Shown here: positions 1 to 23,087 of the stretch, piece after piece
How the letters are laid out: each line of letters starts with the position of its first letter
Numbering within the stretch: position 1 is the stretch's first letter
Source: Auanema rhodensis
Lineage: Eukaryota; Animalia; Nematoda
NCBI GenBank assembly: GCA_964057225.1
Contig: OZ059894.1
Location: forward strand, 7,750,001 to 7,814,000
DNA length: 64,000 nucleotides
Direction: 5' to 3'
Notes under the pieces: generated by a model
The model's database searches: none
Told to the model about the DNA's origin: nothing
The model's input: only the letters and a program-made list of their open reading frames with translations
Translations under genes and position numbers: made by a program

Positions 1-3000
1 TATGATGAAGATGAAGATATGTGTCTTGAAAAAGATAAATTTGATATGCATATGAGTGTTAGAAATTAAAACGAACTAGATAAGATTATATGTCTTCAAA
101 TATCAAAAATTGAAGTAAAAGATCGAAACAATAATTTCTTCCAAATATATGATTCAAAAAGAAAATTCTGAATTGCTATTAGGACATCTTCAGCTTAACA
201 TCAGACTTCTTCAAAGTTTCATTAATTCATTCTAAGCTCTTCCTATGCAAGGTGTAATTTTGTTTTAAAAATATTGAAAAGAAAATACAAATACATAATA
301 TTTTTAATATAGTTTAAAGAAATATATATATATATATATATACATGTACGCTGAGCTTTAAAGGTAAGGAGCAGGAAGAAAGAGTACTCGATTTGAGTAA
401 CAGGAAAATTTTGTTCGACAATTCGTGTTTCAATGTGTTTCCTTCTCCGTTGAAGTTACGTTCCGGTAAATTCAAAGCTATCGACTTGAAAGGAACATGA
501 AAGTATGAAAACCCATCAAAATATTTCTGAATAATAAAATTTGAGTGAGTTTCTTTGTTGCTGTGGGGAGTACGAAGTGAACTAAGCTTTAAAAAAATGC
601 GAATAAAGCAAAGAGGAGCGTAATCAAGTTCTTCACATTGTTTTCCACGTAAACAGCTAAAGTTCAGAATTATTATAATAGTTTTTTTTCAATATAATAT
701 TTGTAGATATTTATTATTTTTTTTGTTAAATGAAAATAAAAAATGAACGAAACAACTAGTGGAATCAGAACGAGTATCAGAAAATAGTTTAAGCTTGCTG
801 CGCATCATCAAATAATAATATTATATACTATATTATCAATATATAAATTTATTTATATTCTAAAGCACGATAAAGAAAAAAAACTAAAATATTAATATTA
901 ATCCGAAAGAAATTCAATCTAAATCCGGTAATAATTGGACGGATGGCTGTCAAACACACACGTATTTAATTGATCTGAATCAAGCTCATCACATGCTTAT
1001 TTCCGTAAATTTTTGGTTGCAAATGAAAAAGATTGACCTTCTTCTTCTAACTTTATAGCCACAAAAATGTAGAAATTTAATCTTATATTTCAATAAATTT
1101 CGGAAAAAGGAATTTGTTTTCACAAGAATGATGAGATTTATAAAAAAAATAACTTAAAAACGATTTAACTATAGAAAATGAAAAAAAACATATAAAATAT
1201 GTTTTTTTCTAGGATTATATAGTAAATAAAGTTCTTAGTAAAATATGTATATTTATATTAATATAGTAAATTAAATGACAAAAAAAGGTTTTTGGACTTT
1301 TTGAAAAAACAACTGAAATCTTTTTTTTTTTTAATTCAACTATTCATAAACGTATGCATGTATGTATATGACTAGATGATACATGATTATGAATTATAAA
1401 TTCAATTTTTCAAGATATTGTTTACTATATTGTGAAAGGGCAATTGGTTCATAGAATCATATATATGATCAAATGATTAAAAACTTTTTTTAAAATTTAA
1501 TCGAAAACAACTAAAAAGAATATTTTGAGTAAATTGGATTTAAATCAAAAGCACTTTTGATGCCCAAGACTTTGATCTATGATTCACTTGTTCGTAGAGA
1601 AAATAGTAAAGTATGTTCAAATTGAATAGGTATTATCAAACTAAAAGTAAATTAAATATATAAAAAGATTTGTATAAAAGTAGTGAGAAAGATAAACAAA
1701 TTCATTTTGAAGAATGAGAATTAATATCATCTAGTTGTATTGAAAATGAATTAAAATTACTTTATTTTTGTTTATTTAAAAGTAATTATGTTTTTAGTTA
1801 TAGAGAAAGAGAATATTACGGTTCTTCCTCTTTTCACCCTCATTTGAGTATTAGAAAGGAGAAATGAAGGAGTTTTGAATGAGTGAATTGAATGTATAAT
1901 TCAAAAGAAGAAATTATGTTATATTCTCATGAACCTTGATAATTGACCAACTATATATGAATGAGTAAGAAGCATTTTGTCTTAATGATACAAAGATCAG
2001 ATGAAGTATATTTGTAAAAGTTATATCATCTTGATTAAATAGATAATCTAAAGGCTTTACTAATAAACCTTTTTTGAACGGTGAAAACTGAATATTTGAT
2101 AATGTTTTAGGAATAAGTTTTGTAAATATAAGGAAGTAGATATACTAATATATGTAAATGTTAAGAGAGTTGGCTGATAAGCGTTTATTACATCGGGATA
2201 GCTATGGGGCTTCATCTTCAGCACGAACATTTTACTCTGTTGTTCCTGCTTTAATGAAAAAGATGAAGAGACGGTTAAGGAAGATGGAATTCTATAAACA
2301 TTCCTCTCAGGAAAGCTTGAATGAAGCATAAAGTGAATCCTGACTTTAACTGATGATCCAATAAGATTTAATAAGGAGAAGCACCGTATGAGTTAATCAT
2401 AGTTTCATAGTATGTTGAGAATAAAAACTGGATAAATGAAAAAGAAAATGAGGATAAGTGAACACATAAAGAAGTGAGGGAGTAATGATAAAGAGGAATC
2501 AGAATGCACATACATATCAAGCGGGGCAGAATAAAGGTAGGGGATGAGAAAAAAAATTTCCCGATATATGGCACACCTTGATATAATCGGATAAGTTTTG
2601 GATGATGAGAAATGGGAGGGGGGCGAGAGAAGATATTCACTAAGTAGAAGAAGTGAAGTGAAAAAGAGAGAGGGGGAGGGAAGGGAGAAAAAATCATGAG
2701 AAAAAAGATAAAGACAAAAACTGCAATAAACACCAGGAAAGGCTGAGAAGCAACACGATTATCTTCTTATTAGCTAGAGCTCGATCCTCATATCAACCGC
2801 TTTATACCCATTTAAGCATTCATCATGCACTGCCCCCATATAATGAATAAAAAGATATGAAAGAAAAGACGATTTTACTAATAATCAATCAAGTTTCCAT
2901 AATTATTCATTTTCTTTTTCTTTTTCCCCTGAAAAAATTTGAGTTAGTTCATATACATACATATGGATGTACACAAAACAACAACATTCAGAAAATAATT

Positions 3001-6000
3001 TAGACTTCTGAAATTCAAATGAAAAAAAAAAAGTTTTTTGAAATAAAATGAGGGAAAATAATCCAATAAAATAATCTCTATGACAGTTACTTGTACTTGA
3101 ATCTTTACAATTGAATACGGAACATGAACTTATGTATCCATCAATGGAACAACTTATACACTTACTATACATGTATATATGAATATTAAGTATTATTTGA
3201 TATAAATTTTCATTTAAAAAATTAAAAATTAAATAAGAATGAAGTCTTCGAGATTATGAAAAAAGCTCAATTTTTCAAAAAAAAAAATTGCAAAATAAGC
3301 TTTAAGTTTTTATACAAGTTTATAAATAAATCAAAACATTAGTAAATATACATACATACAGAAGGAAATGTAGTTTTTTTCTCTCAAGTGGTAATGATCA
3401 AATGTTATGCTTTTACATATTAACATGAGTATATACATATATGTGGATATGTATATACATATTCATATTATGAAAATGAATTTATTAAAATAAGATAAGA
3501 ATATTATAAAATAAATATGTTATATATATATATATATATATATATAGTTGTCAATATATTATATATTACATATATATATATATATTTGTTTGTTGTTGAT
3601 TTATTTACATGGAATTATAATAAATAGAAAGTTGAATGAAGGGAAAAAATGGGTGAGAAAAACGACAAAAAGATAAAGATATCTTGCACATGACATATTA
3701 AACAATAATAAAAAACAATCCTAAATGATATACGAAAAATTAGTATTATTTCTTTTATATGAAAAAAAAAATGAATTTGAAGTTTAAGAAGAGATTCTAA
3801 TATGAAAAAATAAAAATAAATAAAGAACACCAATTTAAGTTTCAATCAGATAACAAGATCTGAAATGCTATGAATGCTCAAAAGTACTGTAATTTTAGTT
3901 TTTAAAAAATTGGAAAAATAAAAAAATACGATAATTGCAAAAATGTTTAATATATTAACTATTTTATATTTATATTTATATAATATTTATATAATAGATA
4001 AGGTTGGATATTCAAATCGTTTCTGTTATTCAAAGAGATTGAAAAAAAAATTAAGCTGTAGTAGATTAGTCTTGAGATTTTGAAAAGAAAACATGAAATA
4101 GATCAGCAAAAATTTTATTAATTGGCTCTCTACTTTTCGAATTGTCGTTCCTCTTTCTGTGAGCATGCTTACACTGTTTGCCCTCTTTATAGTCTTCGTA
4201 GTTTCAATCATCAACTTTATGTCTTGATTCATATGTCTTGATCTTCTTTTCAAGATTTAAAAATAAATCTCTGTCTCTTTCCATCCCCTTGTTTCTCTCT
4301 CTCTCTCAATATCCCTTTACCTTTTACTTTCTTGCAAGAATCAATCTTAGATAATTTCAGTGTATTAATTGAAAATACAATACATTGATGTAAAGGACAT
4401 AACTAAAGAAATCTGTCAAAGAACTTTGATGATATTTTTAATTTAAAAAATTGAAAACATTAGATTTTGAGATGCATACATGTTGGAAAAGCTGTACGAA
4501 AATTGTCCTCGAAATTTCCATAATAGAAGATTGAAAATATTCTCGTGTTATTGATGAGAAAGTACATATATTGAAAATAACTCTTTTCATCTATTAATAT
4601 TGAAAATGGTATAACAATGAAGAAGCTGATGAGTATGACTCAAATAATGGATAGATATTACAGATATTTGAAATATAAAAGTTATAACTTTAACGTTCTT
4701 GTCATAAAATGAGGGAAAAACACTATGTGCTGACGACGGATTTTATTGTTTTTCAGTAAAAATCTTCCAGATCAAACAAAGCCGATGACGAATACATAAG
4801 AAAGTGGGCTAAGAGGTAGTCGCAGAAAAAGAGAGAAAGATAGGAAGTGCCTCTTGGGTAACTCTTCGTTGTTTTACCTTCTCTGCTGCTTCTTCTTAAT
4901 CATTGCTGTCATGTTCAAAGTGTTTGACTGTCAATTTGCTTTCAATGATCACAATATCTGACGATATGTTTGGAGATATTGGAAGTATGTGAACGATGAG
5001 GGGAAGCAACTCCAATAAACACTAAAATAACTGTTAATATTAAAATTAAATCCTAATCGGAGCTTAAACCTTGAAAAACTTGATTGATGAAGAAGTGATT
5101 GGATTTTCTATTATTTTTCCCAGTAATCTCTATGATTCAAAAAAGTATTGTTTGAATGTTATAGAGTTAAATCAACTTTTATTTTGGCAGAAGAATGCTA
5201 TAATCCGTACTTTACTCAATAGCTTTTTCTTTTGTTTTTTTCTCCATTAATGATGTGAGAAAAACCGTTTTAAAGCTAAAGTTTATAAAACGGAGAAAAT
5301 TCCAAATCTTGGCTGAATACTAATTGAATTTGGTTCGAGGAACAACCAGGAAAAAACCTTGAAGACGATTTTAGTTTTAATCTGAATAAACATTGAAAAT
5401 TAGAGAATGTCATTTCATTTTTTCTCAATGTACTTTCACATAAATGTACATTCTTGTTCAGGTTTCGTTCACATTAACAACCAAAAAATAGAATGCTGAA
5501 CACCAATTAGGCGATATTAACGTTTATAAAGATTAATTATGAACCAGTGAACCAAATATTTTTTTTTTGTAAAACTATAATTATATAAAAAAAAAAGAAA
5601 ATTTGATATAGGTTTGATAATATTCTGGTTAATATTTAACTATATAGATTTAAATATTAAAATGTTAACCTATTTTCAACACATAGCCTTCTTTCTTCCC
5701 ACGTCCTCTCATCAGCTTGAAAATGAAGGGAGGGATTGATTATTATTTTTACATTGAAAAATATCTCACCAGGGAAACAATTGATGATGATGATCAATTT
5801 GTTCTGTCAGTATTTCTACATCTATAGCCCCTTCCTCCCCTCTCTACACCCTTTTCACCAGTTTTGACAGTTTCAGTATTTTCAATCTGTCCAGATGAAT
5901 CTCATTATTACAGGATCAAAGGGATTACTGTACGAGACGAGTTTATATCTTAAACCGTTCTCTACAAACTTTATTGAAGTTTAACATATTGGATAATGGT

Positions 6001-7021
6001 AAAGTATCACGTTTACATTTTTTTATAATATTCTATGCTAATTTTTAGTTTTTTTAGTTCATTCTTGACTAAGTATATGGTTCTTTTCTGTTGTTTGATA
6101 TCTAAAAGTTTTAAATTTTTATTATTTATATCTGAATATAATATATCTTTTATATTCGTTTCATAAACTATTTTCAATAGCATTGTATAAATTTTTTATT
6201 GAATATATTTATTTCTCTTGTCATTTTTTACTTTTGTATACTTTAGTTCAACTTTTAATGCGTAATTATTTAGTTTTGAATTATTCTTGAATATCAAACC
6301 TACGGTGATTCTATACAGCCGAAAAATTCAAATCATCTGTGGAATTTTTCCTATAATCTATTCGATTCTTCATGTTAGAGCGAGGTAAAAACTTATTATA
6401 TTGAACCTTTTTAAACTTCTTTTGTTATATATATAACTATATCTTCAAATAAATACAGATATGACTATAATGAGAATATATATATTCTATATAGTATTAC
6501 CCTTTAAGCTTACTTTTTCCTCTCGTCGCCCCCTTAATGATAAACCGATCAGTAAGTCTGTACTTTTGCAAATGGCAATCCATTCATTATTTACGTCATT
6601 TTACGTGAAAAAACGTGATTATGCTAATGTTTTAATGAAATATCAAAAATTATTAGAATGATCATACTAATCTTTGAGTTGTATTTGATGAAACATTTAA
6701 GAATGATTTTTAAATGTCAGAATAATATGCATAGCTAATACATATGTATCTTTATAGTTTATAAATATTTAATATATTATAAAACAAAAATTATTTAGAG
6801 AAAATAAAAAAAAATTATATTAATGATACATATAGTATCAAATATTAAATTTATATATTAAATTTAGTTTTTTTTGATCAGTTCTTCTATTGAATTCACG
6901 TATATGATTAACTTGTTTCTCGATTTCTCCTAAATATTAAAGTTCAAGCTAATGATCATTTCAAAGAAGTAATTTTATATGAAAAAAAGTATAATCAGGC
7001 TTATTGTAAAAAGAAATTCTA

Positions 7022-7028
7022 TTTTCAG
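7022..7028 (+). promoter_or_regulatory. Probable SL trans-splice acceptor (TTTTCAG) of the matrix-protein gene
   Basis: Consensus nematode 3' splice site 10 nt upstream of the ATG at 7039, with no upstream coding exon found. Confidence 0.55.
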
Positions 7029-7038
7029 TCACAGAACA

Positions 7039-16875
<9,837 letters not shown>

Positions 16876-17282
16876 AATGAAAAATGTTGTAAGACAAAGT
16901 TATAATCTGTATGTTCTTATCGGGTTCAATGAATTATTCTTTTTGTTTATTTATGATGAGAAAAACAATTTTTTTAATTTTTTATCCAATTCAACAAATT
17001 TATTTAAGTTTACGGTAATGGTATTTCATTGAATTACACTGACATGAGAGTACAATCAGAGTACATATAATCGGATAAATCAGAATTTTTGGTCATTTTA
17101 TAGATTTGAACTAGAACTAATATGTAATCAAATCTGGTTGTCTCAGGTTTTGATTGAGCTGATCAAAACCCTAGCAAGTTGAATGAAGTTTTTAGTCGGA
17201 TAATTTTACTGTTGTTTCAAATCTGAACTTTCTTTAACAATTCAATACAATTTGTATATTTGATTAACTATTAATAAAACTT

Positions 17283-17285
<3 letters not shown>

Positions 17286-17318
<33 letters not shown>
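17286..17318. repeat. (AT)n microsatellite (others near 322-342 and 3521-3585)
   Basis: Directly visible AT dinucleotide run. Confidence 0.95.
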
Positions 17319-17323
<5 letters not shown>

Positions 17324-17522
17324 TTCACGACAGTGCAAGGATGCGTCTGCTGCTGTTGGCACTAAGCTGACTGAGGATTAGGTTTCCAGTGTTGGAGGAG
17401 CGACTGGCTGTTGTCGTAGAACTATTTCAGTTGGTTCAGCTTCATATTGCCACCTCACGCACTACTCGTCACAGCTAAAACTTAATTGTATGCTGTTAGA
17501 AGTATTCTTTTCATAGCTGTAT

Positions 17523-19678
17523 ATGGATGTTTACCGATGCTCATCTATTGCTTCTGCGGCTGCGGCTGCGGCGGCTGCAGCCGCCGCCGCCAGCGCTTCA
17601 ACTTCTAGTTCACTAGGATCTTCTTCCAGATCGTCTTCACATATCACGTAAGAAGATATTCGGTAGAATCTCACCTTTCTTCTACAAACCATATCACATG
17701 ACGACAGACAAACGGCTTTAAGAGTCTTTTCTGGTCATTATTGTCATGATCACCGTATGGGACAGTCTGAATTCAAATCCTCTCGCATTTGCCATAGGGT
17801 GATCAATTCCCCTGATTGGAATCTCTAGACTATATTTCGAGATTCTAAGAAAGTCGAAAAAAAAGGCTGTTTCCTCAAAATATGACATTTTTTTCATTTT
17901 TATAATAATTTTATGTAAATTCTTATTATTGTTTTTCAGATATATTGATAACTGTTATTCACCTGAACAGATTTCCTGCCTTTGTGAGGTTTTATCAGAA
18001 GAAATAGATCTTTTGGTGAGTTGATATTTCAGGAAAAAAATTTATTTGGAATTTTTTAGGCTCTTTTCCTATGGTCATTACCACCACGTGATGATTATCA
18101 TCGTTTAGAAAGTGTTTTGAAAGCACAAGCATTGATTGCTTATCATAAACAGAATTACAAAGTTGGTTTTCTAATTTTTCGAATTTTAAACTGATTGAAA
18201 TATTCTTTCAGGAACTATATCGGATTCTAGAACATAATCAGTTTACTGCTGAACATCATATGGTTTTACAAGAATTATGGTTGAAGGCACATTATAATGA
18301 GGTTTTATAGTATTCCAGTTCACTTCTATATGATTTTCTTTTTATTTTTTGAAACAAGAAAGTATTTCTCTAAAATTCTTCAAAATCGATTGATTTCTAA
18401 TTGCTGTCTTTGATTATTGGTAGCGAAATCTCGGTGAAAGTTATCTCGGAACGGTCTGCTCAAAGGTCTTCTAGCATCAGATTTCAAAGAGCACGACGTC
18501 CAGAATGTAAAGCAGCTGTAGCACAAAGTTGCGATTTTATTCTAGACATTGTTATCTTTTTTGAAAAAAAAAAGAAAAAAATTTACAACAAAATTATTTT
18601 ATAAAATTAAACGATGATGTTGTTTTAGGCTGAAAAGATACGAGGACGAGAATTAGGTGCTGTTGGCAAGTACCGCATTCGACGAAAATATCCACTTCCT
18701 CGAACTATTTGGGATGGGGAAGAGACAAGTTATTGTTTTAGAGTAAGTTTTCTTTTGTTTAAAAAAAACTTTTTTTTTCTATAAATAAGAAAGGGGAAAG
18801 AAAGTTTCGAGTTTGATAATACAATCTGTGTGAAGTAGTTAATAAATAATATTTATTATGTGTTAGGTATAGTTATTACTCACTTAACAGTTAAACTGTG
18901 AAGTAAAGTATGTTAGACGATCAGATGGGGAGTTATAGTGCCTCTTATGAAATCATAATGGTTCGTTCAGACTGTTGGTCTGTTACATGCAAGTACTCCT
19001 TAATACTCCATGTGTCCATGTATTCTGTTCATAAATAATTTCCAGCTAAAATTCTGCTATAACTCTAACCAGATAACAGTAATTGAAAAATGTTTCTTAA
19101 GGAAAAATCACGACATCTGTTACGTGACTGGTATGCAAGAAATCCTTATCCAAGCCCAAAAGAGAAAAAAGATTTAGCTCAACAGACACATCTTACAGTA
19201 ACACAGGTATGTTTCAAACAAATATAATTTCAAACTTAGTCGTTAACTTCGTTTATCTGAAATCTTAAGGTTTCAAATTGGTTTAAAAATCGAAGACAAC
19301 GAGATAGAGCTGCTGATGCTAAAGAAAGGTTTCATTTTTTATTTTTAAATTTCAAAATAAATGAAAAATCTTCTTCATTGTAAGTATACAACTGTTTTTT
19401 TCTTTTTAAGGGATGGCAGCGGAAATTTTAAAGAATCTGATATCAGCGATGACGACGACTTTCGCGATCCCGGTCCAGCAAAATCCATAATCACAGTCAC
19501 GGTTGCCAATCCTCAACAACATCCACCATGCTCAACATCTGAAGATTCAGCAACATTAGTATATTCTCAGGCTGCAGCTTTCACTCAGGGAACGGCCGGC
19601 TTTGCCCCATTACCGTATCCAATGTATCCATTAGCAGCCACGGAGTTGATAGCTCCAACAAGCTATCATAACTTATAA
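17523..19678 (+). CDS. ceh-33: Six1/2 (sine oculis) class homeobox transcription factor, CEH-33 orthologue
   Basis: Exons 17523-17647, 17940-18015, 18060-18161, 18212-18301, 18629-18742, 19102-19206, 19270-19328, 19411-19678. SIX domain [52 protein letters not shown]. Homeodomain [32 protein letters not shown]; ETSY is the Six1/2 signature. Confidence 0.9.
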
Positions 19679-22600
19679 AATGATTTTTATGAACTTTTTT
19701 ATTGCTCAAAAAGATTTTTAATAAATTGTTATTGATTTATATATATTTATCTTTATTCTATAATAATATTTCTAGGTTTATACCCAATTAAAGTCAAATT
19801 CATTTATTCATCTGCTTCTACACAACTACCCCAAATTTGGAAAAAGAAATAGAGATATGGCCGGAGAGCTTTTCCGAATCTGGTGCTTGTCGTCGTTACG
19901 CAATCGATTCTCCTGCCGTCAACAGCTTTGTGCCGACAGTGAAATTTGAGCCATCAGGACGTGGAGAAGGAGCTACCGTACCACTATGGCCTTATAGTTG
20001 TTGCCGCTTCAGGACCCTGAGGGCGAGCACCATTTTCCCATTTAGAATTCGGATATATCTATGAAAGTTGACACAAAACATTCAAATATATATAGGAAAT
20101 AAGAAATCATTAGATATTTTTCAAATCATTCAATACCAACATCGACAGTATTTTCATAAACTGTGTAAAACTCATCCAACATTTTTTTTTCAATTAGTTA
20201 TTTGACCAATAATAAAGTTCCACAATTTTGAATTAGAAAATATCAGAAATAGAAATGTGTTAGAACTATTGTGAGACTATTATTCACTCCACCTGTCACA
20301 TAATTTACAAGTTTGATAGTTTATATATAATTTCCCTACTCTCCCTCCTTTCTCTCCCTATCTCTCTCACTTTCTCTCTCTATATCTCTATATCTCTCTT
20401 TGGCTGCATTCTCTCTTATCTCTTTATTTCTCTTAACAAATTCACTTTCATTTATCAAAAAAAAAAATAAACAAACAAAATGAAACAGATTAACTAAACA
20501 TAAAAAATTACTTTGTCCCCTGAAATATATTAGAAGAATTCATAGATTTAATATAATTTTCTATAATTCAATGTTTATGTCAATGTATTCTGTGTATAGT
20601 TTCAACTATAATATTTAGTTAAATAGCAAGAAAGACCAACTAGCCATTATTCAAATAAGGTAAATAGAAGTTGTTAAGTAGTAGTAGTAGCCAGTACTTA
20701 CCTAAAGTAATTAATTACTATTGAATGTTTAATTTATAATTCAGTTTTTAACTTAAAAAAATCAAAAAGAAAGATGATTCATTCATCTCAGCACCCCTCC
20801 CCGCTCACTCAAATATTCGTTTTGACATTTGTTAAACCACCGTTGATTTTTCCAATATATTGTCTTCTTGTCAGTCATTGATATGACTGACAACAAATCA
20901 GTTTTGAATCATCTGTCATTCAGATTCTGATAAAACTGAAAGACCACCGTTGACGAATGAAGCGTTAAAGTGAATTCAGGTTCTATTGTATTCATGAATA
21001 CAATTCTACAGAAAATTATTGAAAAATCAGAAGAAACACCTAAGACGGTTGAATTAGATTGAGTAGATGAACGAATATTCAAAGATTTACTAGAATTACA
21101 GTTGCAAATTCGTAAAAGATTTAATGACTTTATATGTTCATTTGGCAACATCCTCACCGAATCTTTTGCAACATGACATCGTCTAGAATTACAAAGTTGG
21201 TTCTATCTCTCGTTAATACTTTTGTTCATATGTATAATGATCTTTTGATTTTCAAACATCATGTACGTGTCAATCATTGTAAAAAAAGTTCCTGTTTTCT
21301 CGATTTGTAAATGTAAAATAGCAAAAAGAAGAAGCCTCTTCTAGAAGAAAAATGTTACATGACGTCATAGTATATGGTAAACGCTTAAGCAACTTGCAAC
21401 GCTTGAATACGGTATCTAGAAGACATATTGTTAAATTTTCATGAAAAAAAATAATAGAAAAGAGTGAAGCTTAGTATGGTTGATCCAAGTTGCTTAGTCA
21501 ATCATGCAGCCTAGCTGTCAATGGATGAATGTGTTAACAACGTATCATCTTTCCATTGACCTCCAGCTTATATCTTAAAGTCTATATAGATTATATATAT
21601 GATATTACATAAGATTCAGTATGGATACATAAGGTATTCCATGTTTTGCCCTTCATCAATTCTCTTGTAAACCATCTACACATCTCTCTATTCTTCATTC
21701 ATCTTTCTAAACTACTCTATAGAGACCTCAAAAAAACTTATTTTTAATCATCTTCTTAATCAGTCTGTTAATAACATAGAGTCATGTGGCAGTTTGAAGC
21801 GGATACAGAAGGACTAACATGCGGCCCTAGGACAGTTAGCATCTGCGTATTGTTTGTTTTCCTTATGTAGTGGCTGGAACTGGACACGTAAAACTACATC
21901 TACTAGCAGCTGTCTTTATTAGCTCATACAAACAAGCTATGCTAGTTCATAAGCCAACTTTGCCTTATAAGATACAAGAAAAGTTGGCACGAACACCTGC
22001 TTTATTTCGGGATAGAGCTATAGTTAAGGATAAATATAATAATATCAAGAAAATAGAATATCCTTTGATTGAATAAACGTTTGGAAATGAATCGCAAGAC
22101 ATTTTCTTTCAAGTTTTATCAAGTTTTATCAAGCTATAGCAACTTTATTATTTTTTCTGTTTTAAAGCTTAAAAAGTTTTGTCAAGGTATGCTAACATAT
22201 ACTCAAGAAAAACATTAATGTTTTGTTTGTTTTTTGAAGTTAAAATGAAGAAAAAATAAGTTTAACAGTTGGAATATGCTTATTATTAGTTTTTATTTAT
22301 TTAAATAAAGAATATTATCACTTAAAAAAGAATATTAAAAAGAAAAAGGAACGTTTAGTTAACACGTGAAACTGAATCCATAGAACATCAGAATAAGATG
22401 TCCAACAAGAAACTTAAGACTATACCTATCGGATAGCTGACAAATTTTAAAGATTATTCATTTCATAAATAAATAAGAAAGAAGTGCTTTTGTCTTATAT
22501 TTCATTTACTTTTTCTTTTTTTTTATTAATCTTTTAAATTTGGATCAAAACATTACTTTCATTCATCTTTTTGAATTGAAATTCGCCTGTCTCTGGAAGG

Positions 22601-22907
22601 ACAATGATAGAATATGAATGTTCCAACCATATTGATACTCAATTAATGCTCAAGTTCTCACATTCTCCAACATTTTTATTTGAAGAAAAATTGCAACTTA
22701 TTCTTAAAATCTTGTACTATATCCTTTGATCTTACTCCCAGTTTTGTTGATAGGAGAAAAGGTTTGATTCATACTCTAAGATTACGGTAATTGATAAATA
22801 TTCTCTACTGTACTTTGAGATTTAAGTCTTTTCCTCTTAAAATTTGTTAAAATTTCAGTCTAAATCAATATCCAATACTTATAGTTCAGTCTTATTCTTA
22901 TTCCAAA

Positions 22908-22990
22908 GGGGGCGGCCTGCTCGAGACAGTGCTCGCAAGGGTGGGGGCGGAGGTAGAAGAGCTTGCGGCCGGAGGGCGGAGGCCTAGGGA
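22908..22990 (+). promoter_or_regulatory. GC-rich proximal promoter of ceh-34 with three GC boxes
   Basis: GGGGGCGG 22908-22915, GGGGGCGG 22943-22950 and GGGCGG 22974-22979, about 110-180 nt upstream of the ATG, in otherwise AT-rich DNA. Confidence 0.55.
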
Positions 22991-23087
22991 GAGCTGATAG
23001 ACCGCGCATTCAGTATAGAGCTGTCAGACGATCAGAGAATAAAGGACGACAAGCCGGCCCCAGACGCGAGACGAGTTGAGCCCAGAA

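Noticed and set aside
1-69. Open frame YDEDEDMCLEKDKFDMHMSVRN* at the window start
   Set aside because: Too short and without context to call as the tail of a gene.
4800-4961. Basic-then-hydrophobic open frame on the + strand
   Set aside because: Preceded by a stop, with no upstream ATG or good acceptor in frame.
19775-19880. GGTTTATACCCAATTAAAG resembling an SL2-type leader, with AAATTTGGAA downstream
   Set aside because: No AG|GT donor at about position 22, no second stem-loop, and the Sm-like site is too short; probably chance.
19837-20064. GC-rich 75-codon ORF after ceh-33 as an alternative last exon
   Set aside because: The nearby acceptor (19774-19775) gives an early stop in the required phase; no ATG start or homology.
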